From NCBI GenBank assembly GCA_951406725.2, contig OX597821.1, positions 70,432,001-70,496,000 of the forward strand: a DNA stretch of 64,000 nucleotides, given 5' to 3'. Below the pieces are notes generated by a model, which made no database searches, had not been told where the DNA came from, and was given only the letters and a program-made list of their open reading frames with translations. Shown piece after piece: positions 14,787 to 25,328 of the stretch; within the stretch, counting starts at the first letter, position 1, and every line of letters starts with the position of its first letter. The DNA is from Octopus vulgaris. Lineage: Eukaryota. Both the position numbers and the translations under genes were made by a program.

Positions 14787-15559
14787 CTCCCTTTTACACA
14801 CACATATATTCTAATTGAGGAAATAGAGCAGGTAAAATCCATGCAACATATGTTTCCCAGTTAGCAGAACCTTGGAAGTAGCAATTACTCCACAAGGGGT
14901 ACTCCACTTGCTACTCATCGGACCAAAGATACCTCAGTAAAATGAAGGTTACATCATTGACAAGGCATCCCAAATTAAGTTGAAGGAGATTTGATTAAAA
15001 ATGAGTGGAAAGCACATTATCAGTTATAGTAATAGGGGAGGGAAAATAATAATAATTCACAGTTTATAAAAGGGCCTCCTAATTTTATGTTGACTTAAAG
15101 TTTTCTTTTAAAAATAATTTGCTTCTCATATAGAATCAGTTATACTATACATGATACAGAATACTGTTTATTAATTAATTTGGTGTGTGTTATTTTTACT
15201 AAAATAATGCAATTATTAAACTTTACAGTGAAGAAAATTCTTAAAACTTGTAATTTTAATATATTTTAAATTAAAGTATGATTTTCAAGGTTCTTTTATT
15301 ATTGAAGATTTCAATTATTCGATTCAGTTTTAATTCAATGCAAGATGGCGATTATTTAGCACTGCAAGACAGCATTCAGTTTTTGTTTTTCTCTCTCACA
15401 CTGAATGCTAAAACAAAAAATCCATCATACATTTCTGAGATCATTATCCATTGCTGAAATCATTGTTCATTTGATAGAAATCTTAGAAAATATCATTTCC
15501 CATCTCTGTACATCTGTAATTGAGTGTTTACATAGGTTATCAATACTAAAATGTACAAA

Positions 15560-15629
<70 letters not shown>

Positions 15630-15849
15630 ATCGACAGAAAACTAATGCAGAGCAAGTAATAAGTTATACAATCATATGTATTCGAATTTATTGTAAAGTT
15701 TTCAATATGATTCTTCTACAGGTACATATTAGGTGTAAAATGTAGTTCACTGCCATGCAAAGTTACGAAACCTGATATCTTTATATAGGATAAACTGAAG
15801 ACTTTTACGTTGTTAAGTGAAAAATAATACTAAATTTCTTCATAAATTT

Positions 15850-16115
15850 TGACGCCATCTTTGAGTGCTTGCTATTATTTGTAGAGCGAGTGAGAGCTAT
15901 TAGACGAATAAAAGATTTTAGGGGAATTACAAATAAAAAAATTTCACAAATTAGGGAACCAAATGAATAAATATCATCATTCAATTAGCAGAAAAATGCA
16001 CTCATGGACTTTGTTATAGGAATATATTTTTTAATAAATACGTCATCATCATCATTCATATAAGTTCACGTGACATTAAGCAAGCTTCTCATTGGTCAAA
16101 AATTTGGGGCGCAAG
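15850..16115. promoter_or_regulatory. Putative (possibly bidirectional) promoter upstream of the PCF11-like gene
   Basis: Cluster of motifs in repeat-free sequence: YY1-like CGCCATCTT (~15853), CRE-like TACGTCA (~16040), E-box CACGTGAC (~16066), reverse CCAAT ATTGG (16091) and a GC-rich TTTGGGGCGC. Confidence 0.45.
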
Positions 16116-16376
16116 TTTTAACGCTTTTCATCTCACCCCCAAAATATTAAGAAAGTATCCATTTTGTCTTAGATAGCAAAGGGAGCTGAAGGCTTTAGGT
16201 TTTTCAAACTTGAAATATTTCACTTGTTTGAAATTAGTGCGTTCACTAAATATATATATATATTTAAAGTCACTGACAATAGCTGTTTGGAGACACGAAC
16301 AGTGTTTGCTCTTGGTCAGTTATATATTTATTAGTTACGGTTAGCGCATATTACATCCATTGCAACTTCAGAAAAG

Positions 16377-16902
16377 ATGGATAGAAATAACACTAGATAT
16401 AGTTACAGCTCGCTTCAAAATAGAAAAGAAACTTATCCCCAATATCAAGTATCAAACATGAGTTTCTACACAAACACGGCAAATTCAAGTCGCTATAATT
16501 CCCAAAATAGCAATTGGCAACCGCATTATTTACAGAAATATCGTGCAACATCCTGGAATCGAAACGCCAACGGACAGAGTAGCCACAGGTTATGCAACCA
16601 ACAACACAACTTGCATCTGTCTTATCCGAAGTTTGTTAACTCAAATTATAAATTCCAGGCTTATAGAAATCCTTATCAATTACGAAATTTAAAGCAACCG
16701 TGGCTTTCACAACCAGCATCCACAGCTTCAAATTCAATGATCCACGCCACAGTAAATCATGTCGACACATCTGAACAAGGTACGCCTGGTCATAGCTTAG
16801 CTAGTTATCAGAGTGTAGGAAATATCAGCCGAAACAATCAGAGACTTATTTCAGTTGATCAGCAAGATGAAATACTACAGGATCCAGCAGTGACTACAAG
16901 CG
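16377..16902 (+). CDS. PCF11-like exon 1 (N/Q/S/Y-rich low-complexity region)
   Basis: ATG at 16377 with an in-frame stop about 45 nt upstream; donor G|GTATGT, phase 1. Confidence 0.75.
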
Positions 16903-19554
16903 GTATGTACTTGGTGATTTTTAAAAATTTTATTTTAATACATAATAAATATTATTAATTAATCATTAATTAAAGTTATTTCTTTTTTAAATGTTAGTAA
17001 ATATATTAACGTATATTTCAGATATTACTGAAACTAGCGGTAACCATGAACAAGATAGACATAGTTTATCAAAATTAAATTCACATGATGGGCGATTGGA
17101 TGAGAGCGGCAATATTGAAAGGAAAGCTGATGTAAACAAGATCCAGGTAATTTTAAAATCTTTATATTTTATTTGTTCTTGTTCTCATATTTTATTCTGT
17201 TGTATTTTCTTATAAAATCTGACATGTCGAAAATTAGATCATTTCCCTAATATATGAATTTTTAATTTTTAGAGCGATACAAAGTATAAAATCGAAGAAG
17301 GTGACCCGAAATCAGAGAGTAATCAAGTAAAGTGGAAAATGTATAAAGTTAAATATGGTAACGAGTTGAAAATCAAACCAACAATTCGTTTTAAATCCAT
17401 TGTAGACAAGATTAGAGATAACACTTGTAATTTAAAACATGTCTATTTAGAAGAGTTTCATTTCAAAGACAACCATGACAAAAAAGAGACATGTGAGTTG
17501 GAATACATCCATGTAAGTAAATACAGTCATTTTAAATTTATAAATATGAATGACAAATAATGAAATTTGAAAGTCTGGATAAGTTCACATATTGTGACGA
17601 GAGAGGTTCTTCACCTCTTCGTATGGCAACCTATCATATCAAAACTCTAGAAGTTGACTATAATTTCGGAAAACACCAGTTTTTCGCATTTTCTTTTTTA
17701 GTTTTTTTAGTACTTAACCGATATATAGGTCATGCAATTTGTTTTTACCACTGCTCTCTTTCCTTCCCTTTCTCTGTCTGTCTGTCTCTCTATTACACAC
17801 ACTCTCTCTCTCTCTCTCTCTCTAAAAATAAAAAATATATATATGCGCGCGTGTGTGTGTGTACATCTTCTTATTAAGTACGAAGCGGTCAGCGATGTCT
17901 TTAACTAGCCATTTATTTCATTATATATTTCAGAATGAAACAAAATGGAAGCTGTATAAACTTGAACACGGTAATGAGCTGAAAATAAAACCAAACCTTA
18001 CAGAAATGAATACTTCAGATTCTTATAAGAAGATGAGCAAGATTTTACCAAATCTTAGTAAAAAATATCTAACAACGTAAGCTATTTGAAGCTCTCTTTA
18101 ATTATAGTTTTCTTTATAGAAGATACGTTGAGTAATATTGCATTTTATATATAAAAACACAAGATAATCTAACCTACTTATTTTATTCTTCAGTTTTCGA
18201 AGACCTGTTATTGAAAACCTTTACTTTGGAAAACAATGTTCTATTTGTGGAGAGAGACGATTTAGCAATATGAACGATCACATGGATGGACATTTCCGGG
18301 AAAACACTGTCACTAAACACAAAAAGTACCCCAAATGCAGACAGTGGTACATTCAAGAAGATTATGGTGACGGTAGGTATATGGAAATTGACTTATCTCT
18401 TATAGAAAATTGAAATATCATATTTTCACTTGTTTTGCGCTACGATGCTTTATTTACGTACATTTTGTCTTTATTAGGAGATAACCCTTTCCAATCTCTT
18501 CTGGAAAAGCACCAAAATATGAAGACCGAACAGTCAAAAAGTCTTAAATATTCTTCAGAAAACGATGTAAGTGTATTATCAACTAATGTTATTGCGTTGT
18601 TAATTATTGATATGTGCTGTGATTAACAACTCATGAAAGTTTTACATTTACAAACTTCACGCATATTCATGGGTAAACCAACGAATTCCAGTAACCGAAA
18701 GTGGACTGTGAACGACTGCAAGCATATAGAATTAAATCGTATTTGTCTCTCACTAATCCGGGTTTTACTGATTTTTATGAATATTATTTTGTGTGTGTGT
18801 GTGATGAAATATGTATTACTAAATGCTATTTTGCTGTATATAAACATGTTTGCATGTCATTAAGTTATCAGTTCTCAAACATATTTGTCTGAATCGTGTC
18901 CTAATTTCAATAATTGAATCTCTAATGCCAGGCATGTTTAGTGTGTAAAGAGAAATTCTGCTACATTTTTAACGACGACGATGGTGAATGGCAAGTGAAA
19001 GACGCGGTTACACTGGACGGTAAGGTAAGATCTCTAACGAACAAATAATTATTATTATTATTATTATTATTATTATCATCATCATCATCATCATCAACTG
19101 ATGAGCTGGCAGAATCGTTAGTCTCCATAGATTATTTGTCCCTCGTCTCTTCTCTATCTCCTTGAATCTCTTATGTAAGCGAAAAACAGATTTGGGGCTT
19201 ACAGAAGATAATCCACGACCAGTCTGGAGCAGTTCATAAGCTTTTATTACTTTTTCCCAGTTTAACACTAAGTAGTCTTCAGGTCACGACTGCATTCTGA
19301 AAACTAGTCCCCTGTGATAAGCAATGTTCAGTAGGTGCTGTTCAAAGTGTTGTCACATCCGTTTCCTTCATTATGGACTACAAAGTTGGTGGTAGGTCAG
19401 CTTATTAGATTTAACGATAGACTAAAATTACAATAATCTACAATTACAACAACAACCAGCATAGAAAAAAACAAGGTCTGTATCGAAACTGAAAAGCACC
19501 TTGTATGAACAACTAAATGGTGATACTATATATGTGTGTGTGTGTGTATGTATG

Positions 19555-19593
<39 letters not shown>

Positions 19594-20107
19594 GAAATGA
19601 AGAAAATGCTGACAAAATAATTTAAGTAATTTAATTAGGTGAAAGTTCTTTTTACCGGTTGCGCATTTGTTATGCTTATCAAAAGATTAGAGTTCCTTTC
19701 TGATAGATTTTTTCCTCTTATCTGGAAAGAGGAAAAAATCTATCAGAAAGGAACTCTAATCTTTTGATAAGCATAACAAATGCGCAACCGGTAAAAAGAA
19801 CTTTCACCTAATTAATTTACTTAAATTACTTAAATTATTTTGTCAGCATTTTCTTCATTTCCTTTTTTATATATCACAACACGTGTTCCACATCTCCTTT
19901 TTTAAATATATATATATATATATATATACATACATATATGTATGTATATATATGCATATATATACATATATATATACATACATACACACATATATGCATA
20001 CATATATGTGTGTGTGTGTGTGAAATGCAATGATTATATCTCAGGTATTCATTTATATTTTGCAGATTTACCATGAAATATGCTTTGAGGATCGAGATAA
20101 TATATAA
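16377..20107 (+). CDS. PCF11-like protein (C-terminal zinc fingers and Clp1-binding motif, no visible CID); 8 exons, 478 aa
   Basis: join(16377-16902,17022-17146,17273-17512,17934-18076,18194-18372,18478-18566,18932-19024,20066-20107). All introns are GT..AG, phases are consistent (1,0,0,2,1,0,0), and the 1437 nt are open to TAA. The C-terminus VIENLYFGKQCSICGERRFSNMNDHMDGHFREN..RQWY..ACLVCKEKFCYIFNDDDGEWQVKDAVTLDGKIYHEICFED matches the PCF11 pattern (LY.G.QC..CG.RF..H.D.H.R.N..R.WY; C..C.E.F...DE...EW..K.A...DGKIYH..C.ED). Confidence 0.88.
17022..17146 (+). CDS. PCF11-like exon 2
   Basis: Acceptor tttcag|, donor CAG|GTAATT; encodes DITETSGNHEQ...VNKIQ. Confidence 0.75.
17273..17512 (+). CDS. 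PCF11-like exon 3
   Basis: Acceptor tttttag|, donor CAT|GTAAGT; 80 open codons including KWKMYKVKYGNELKIKP. Confidence 0.78.
17934..18076 (+). CDS. PCF11-like exon 4
   Basis: Acceptor tttcag|, donor AC|GTAAGC; includes KWKLYKLEHGNELKIKP. Confidence 0.8.
18194..18372 (+). CDS. PCF11-like exon 5 (C2H2 zinc finger and RQWY Clp1-binding motif)
   Basis: Acceptor ttcttcag|, donor G|GTAGGT; encodes CSIC...HMDGH...RQWY. Confidence 0.9.
18478..18566 (+). CDS. PCF11-like exon 6
   Basis: NAGNAG acceptor (tag/gag), donor GAT|GTAAGT; encodes DNPFQSLLEK...SEND. Confidence 0.8.
18932..19024 (+). CDS. PCF11-like exon 7 (first part of C2HC zinc finger)
   Basis: Acceptor cag|, donor AAG|GTAAGA; encodes ACLVCKEKFCYIFNDDDGEWQVKDAVTLDGK. 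Confidence 0.9.
19589..19868. repeat. Near-perfect palindrome (~130-bp arms, ~7-nt loop) in intron 7, with degenerate hammerhead motifs
   Basis: 19589-19719 versus 19727-19868 differ only by a 9-bp duplication and about 1 mismatch; each arm contains TTGATAA-GCAT-AACAA-ATGC-GCAA-CCGG-TA. Confidence 0.9.
20066..20107 (+). CDS. PCF11-like exon 8 (end of C2HC finger, stop codon)
   Basis: Acceptor ttttgcag|; encodes IYHEICFEDRDNI*. Confidence 0.88.
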   Translation: MYHEICFEDRDNI

Positions 20108-20397
20108 TTACATTCACACAACAATAAATAAATGTATATAATAATGTGTACATAGGACCACATCAACTCTGAATGACGCAGTCTTTGCTCCATTTTCCGT
20201 CTTTACAAATTACTACAAATGACGGATAACAGAACTATTAAACATTTCTATCATAATGACTTACTTTTAAGCATGATGTAACTTTTTAAAACCTTCCATA
20301 AATTTCCATATCAACATCATTTATACTTTTATACTATTTTTTCCTTAATTTGTTTTCCATTTTTAACATAATTTCTCCTGTAACATGTTACAAAAGA

Positions 20398-20403
20398 AAT
20401 AAA
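20398..20403 (+). terminator. Candidate polyadenylation signal of the PCF11-like gene
   Basis: AATAAA with upstream TGTA and downstream T/GT-rich sequence; an alternative AATAAA lies at 20123-20128. Confidence 0.45.
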
Positions 20404-20547
20404 GAGTTTTATCTGGTTCATTCCTTTGTTTTTCTATAAAAATTTTTGTTTTCGAATTAGAACTTGGTCAGATAATATTTGTTTACCAAAATATGTAATA
20501 TTATGCACAAATACCCAGACATGCATACAAACACGTGCACACATACA

Positions 20548-20603
<56 letters not shown>

Positions 20604-20692
20604 CATATAGAAGGCGATGCCTCAGCATTGCTGCAGTCTAATGACTGAAACAAGTAAAAGATAATTATGTACATATATGCATGAACATAAAT

Positions 20693-20767
<75 letters not shown>

Positions 20768-21864
20768 CTAATGATATTAATGCAAGGGGAGTAACTCAGT
20801 ATTTAGGATAAGCTTCATTCTTCCAGCCTAGCAAAGGAGTTGATGTTGGGAGAGAGACTATTTTCGTAGAAGATAGAAAAGAAAAACAAAGGACGAGAGG
20901 AAGTAAGAAAAATGAATGAAAGCAGAGAGAGAAAACAAGTGAGGCAGCGGGGAAAAATCGAACCAGTGAGCGAGGACGTAATTTCTCTCGTGCAAGCAAA
21001 GTGCAAATGTCTCTGATTTCGTTTTAGGTATAACTCGGATGAATGGGGACACTTTTTTCTACTAAACACAGTCTTTATTTTCTACCGCTGTCAGAATAAA
21101 ATTCGCATTTCCCCAAAAGTCTACATTTGATATCAAAGTTTACAGCCTTCACTTTCAAATACAGTATGCACTTGACCAGTGTTGTGATGTTCCATTCTCA
21201 CAATTTTCTAATGAAGCGGCGAGGTTGTATGGATCTTCCATCAATCCGATGTAGCACTTTTGGTGGGATGCATAATTCGGTTCATTGGATTTGATGTTGT
21301 CCCATACGCAATGACCTGTGTTTTGCGGCGACCGTTGAGCAAGTATATTATATCCATGAGCAACCGACTTCAGTGATGATGGCGGGCTTGTGCAAAAGAT
21401 ACGCTTCATGTTGACTGGGCAACCGAAACAGAAGTATGTCTTATAAACAGATCACAAGGCCTCTCTTGCCGCTAAGCGTTTTCCTAAGAGGAGGAAGCTC
21501 TATTAAATAATTTCCTACAAGAAAGCAGACACAAAATTTCCAACTTAATCCTGTGATTAGGTCCTGGAAAAGTGAAATCGGATGGCAGTCTGCATTGCTA
21601 ATCTAGGTTATTCTTTTGTTGGATTTGCAGTAGTTCTACGAACTAGTATCAAAATTTAACGGCTAAGCAGTTGATAATAAAGTTTGGCTCTATAGCGATA
21701 TTAAGTACGCAGGATTTGAAATTTTCGATAATACCGTTGTAGTATATGTGCAGTGTGTCCATTAACATCTCTAAATATATCGAAACTGTCATTCCTATGC
21801 AAACTCAAATTAATAGATGGGAATCAAATATGTAAGTTCAAATCAGGTCACAAACAACAACATT

Positions 21865-21950
21865 AACACACCTCAATGGATTGGGTAGTAGTCCTTTAAG
21901 TCAATTTTTATACTCTTAAAGGACTACTACCCAACCCATTGAGGTGTGTT
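21865..21950. repeat. Hairpin with ~36-bp arms
   Basis: AACACACCTCAATGGATTGGGTAGTAGTCCTTTAAG / CTTAAAGGACTACTACCCAACCCATTGAGGTGTGTT. Confidence 0.8.
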
Positions 21951-21974
21951 TTACCTTTGTCTCTCTAACTCGCC

Positions 21975-22016
<42 letters not shown>

Positions 22017-22407
22017 TCTCTCTATCGTAAGCACAATCAAACACACAGACACAAGCCTGTCACTTCACCACTGTCTGTTTTTAGCATCTACCCATCCACA
22101 AACACATACACACACATAGCCATTAATGCAGTTATATACATACACACACATAGGCACTCATTCACAAAAGAAAACAACAAAATCACCATTCATTTGACCT
22201 GCACCCTTTTACCTTCCTATTCTTAGGTCTCTCTCCTCCAACCTTGTTTGAACCCTTGAACCTTCTAGAATCTTCTACATTCAACCATTTTTGACGTCAC
22301 TGCTTATAACGGAATATTTTAAAGAAACACTCATTATCGCTATGGGCTCCGTGTGGGCGGTCATCTAAAAGTTTTTGTGCATCTTGATTCCGACATAAGT
22401 TCCTTAC

Positions 22408-22490
22408 TTTTCCTGATGAGAAGGCGGCGTAACGCACCCCTTATTCCTTCGAAATTAGGAATATGCAGCCTTCGAAACATATGTCGAAAA
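22408..22490 (+). ncRNA. Type I hammerhead ribozyme, intact core (Penelope pLTR-type)
   Basis: TTTTC-CTGATGA-GAAGGC...GCCTTC-GAAA-C-ATAT-GTC-GAAAA: helix I TTTTC/GAAAA, full catalytic core, long helix II, palindromic helix III ACATATGT, GUC cleavage site after 22485. Confidence 0.8.
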
Positions 22491-22770
22491 TAAAATAAAG
22501 GAATTTTGTTAATTCGTCGTTCAACTCCATTCTTTCATTTATTTGTATATATATATATATATATTTGAGTAGAAAAATGAAATATATTTTTATGGATAAT
22601 TCGTTTAACCGATACCTGGGTAGCAAATTCACATCAGAAATAACACGGTTGAAGTTACGTGCCTAGGGCAGAGACTACGTGTTTTCGTGTGGAAATTTGT
22701 GTGTATTTTTATAAAATTTATGAATAAATGAAAGAATGGAGTTGAACGACAAATTAACAAATTTCCTTTA

Positions 22771-22853
22771 TTTTCGACATATGTTTCGAAGGCTGCATAT
22801 TCCTAATTGTGAAGGAATAAGGAGTACATTATGCCGCTTTCTCATCAGGAAAA
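22771..22853 (-). ncRNA. Type I hammerhead ribozyme, intact core, inverted copy
   Basis: Reverse complement reads TTTTC-CTGATGA-GAAAGCGGCATA...TATGCAGCCTTC-GAAAC-ATAT-GTC-GAAAA. Confidence 0.78.
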
Positions 22854-23285
22854 ACAAGGAATTTATGTCAACATCAAGATTCACAAAAACTTTTAGATGA
22901 CTGCTCTCACGGAGCGCATAGCGATAATGAGTGCTCATGTTTAATGTGTCAAGAATGAATAAATTTTCAATTTCGTCTCATTTTCATTCCTGTTGGATAC
23001 CGCTTTTCTGTCCACGACTGCTTTTTCCAATTTATCTGCAATCGTTTTCTCTACCCCCCTCCATCCCCAGTCTGGAGCAATAGTTTAGCGAAACTGAAAG
23101 CAGGCGTTCAGTTAGAAGGGCAGGAGACAACTTCTGAAATGCTTCGAAATGTATTTTGAAACGCCAAGGATAAGTTCGAAATTTGCAGCGATGCATGTAG
23201 ACAATTTTCAATGAAGTTCTGACGGTAAGATTTATAAATGGATTTGTTTTTGATATCATTACTAAGCAATACACATAACATTGTC

Positions 23286-23494
23286 TTTTACTTGTTTCAG
23301 TCATTTGACTGCGGCCATGATGGAGCACCGCCTTTAGTCGTGCAAATCGACCCCCAGGACTTATTCTTTGTAAGCCTAGTACTTATTCTATCGGTCTCTC
23401 TTGCCGAACCGCTAATTGACGGGGACGTAAACACACCAGCATCGGTTGTCAAGCGATGTTGGGGGGGGGGGGGGGGGCAAACACAGATACACAA

Positions 23495-23527
<33 letters not shown>

Positions 23528-23695
23528 GATATTTATATATACTACGGGCTTCTTTCAGTTTCCGTCTACCAAATCCACTCACAAGGCTTTGGTCGGCCCG
23601 AGGCTATGGTAGAAGACACTCGCCCAAGGTGCCACGCAGTGGGACTGAACCCGGAACCATGTGGTTGGTAAGCAAGCTACTTATCACACAGCCAT
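23286..23695 (-). mobile_element. SINE family A, well-preserved copy
   Basis: Complete head, internal (CA)/(TA) tract and tail. Confidence 0.85.
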
Positions 23696-24029
23696 GTTAG
23701 ATTTTTTTTAATATGTCCCGATTTCATTGAAATCTCTAGTTAACTTTTCTTTCTGCACATTCGTAATTTAGGCAGTACAGAGTTATTATGGCTGTTGTTG
23801 TTGTTGTTGCTGCCGCTGCTGCTGCTGCTGTTGTTTTTTAACCCTAGGTCGGCCCTGAGTGATCAGATATATTCAAGCTGCGGCCATTCCTTCTATTCCT
23901 TCTGTGTGGAGAACCTGAGTCCCATATTGCATCACCTTTCTTTTTCACAGTAAAGACATGATTTGAGGTCGATTTAGCTTCTGATTTTAGGATGTCAGGC
24001 AACTTCTTAATGTTCTCTTCGATGCCAGT

Positions 24030-24830
24030 ATATACATGGAATACTTTGAGAATTTGGCTTTAGGATCAACACTACAAAAGCCAACCCTATGGCTTCGATA
24101 CGTTGATGACACCTTTATACTCTGGCGGCACCAGGAAGATGTCTAAGTACTGCTAGATCATGTGACTTCAATAATGCCATCCATACAGTTCACAATGGAA
24201 AAGACAATCAGCTAGCATTCCTGGATGTATTAATAATTCGCACAAAGCGTAGGTTCAGGACATCCGCGCAATCTATTAAGCAACAATGACCCAAAAACAT
24301 ACTATCCACACCAACATACTTAGGAAGAGGAGAGAGGATGAAACCCTTAAATTGACCACCACAGTCTGTCTACCCTATGTGAAAGGCCTCTCGGAAAACA
24401 TACAAAAGATAAGCAGTCCATATGACATCAGGACAGTATTCAAGAGTAATACAACACTTTACAAATATCTCCGAGTAAAACCACCAATAGAAGAGAATAT
24501 GACCAAAGACTGCGTGTACACTATCCCGTGCAGTTGTTGTAGGTTATACAAAGGCGAAACAAGTCGCCCCCTCAAGATAAGGGTAGATGAACATCACAAA
24601 TCTATGACACGAGGAAATGTTGAAAAATCGGGCATAGCTGATAATGTATGGAAAAACGGAGACCACCTTCCCTGTGAAATGAAGTTAAAATAATAGTTAG
24701 AGATACCGCTGGAAAATAGGAAAACTAAAGGAAGCAGCACATATGCTAAGACACAACAACCTCCTAAGCAGACCGAGTGCAGGTATGAGTAGCATATAAG
24801 AACCGGTATTAAGGAAGGATAGAAAAATAT
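24030..24830 (+). mobile_element. Penelope-like element (RT end and GIY-YIG), decayed
   Basis: WLRYVDDTFILW, LAFLDVLI, LPYVKGLSE, CVYTIPCSCCRLYKGETSRPLKIRVDEH. Confidence 0.85.
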
Positions 24831-25080
24831 TAGATTTATAAGCCCTAAAATTCACTCCATAATTGCCCGGGCAATTATGGGGTGAATAATATGGCGTAGT
24901 GGTTAGCAACGCCGGCTACTAACCCCAAGATTCCGAGTTCAATTCCAGGAGATCTCAGGGTTAGGTTCAAAATCCTACCAGGACACCTGGAACAGTGTGG
25001 TAACAACAAATAAGATGAGCACACATCCGTTCACAGTCTTACGATCATGAGTCCAAGACCCTAACCACGAAGCTATAGTG

Positions 25081-25232
25081 AAGGCGCATGGCTCAGTGGT
25101 TAAAGCGTTGAGCTTACGATCGTGAGGTTGTGAGTTCGAATCCCGGACCGGGATGCGTGTTGTGTTCTTGAGCAAGACACTTTATTTCACGTTGCTCCAG
25201 TTCACTCAGCTATAGAAATGAGTTGCGATGTC
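25081..25232 (+). mobile_element. tRNA-derived SINE family C
   Basis: GGCGCATGGCTCAGTGGTTAAAGCG...GAGTTCGAATCCC; related copies at 27222, 42160 and 57660-58170 (-). Confidence 0.75.
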
Positions 25233-25328
25233 ACAGATAACCGAAGAGAGTCTCAGCATACATCTATGTGTGTGTTTGTGGGTGTGTATGTGCATTCACA
25301 CTCATATATATATATATATATATATATA

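Larger units (their letters stand above)
22328..22933. repeat. Fold-back element with ~210-bp imperfect inverted arms, each carrying a hammerhead
   Basis: 22328-22543 is the diverged reverse complement of 22723-22933; spacer about 180 bp. Confidence 0.85.

Noticed and set aside
25081-25155. Functional tRNA gene
   Set aside because: It continues directly into a SINE body shared with other copies and has no proper acceptor stem
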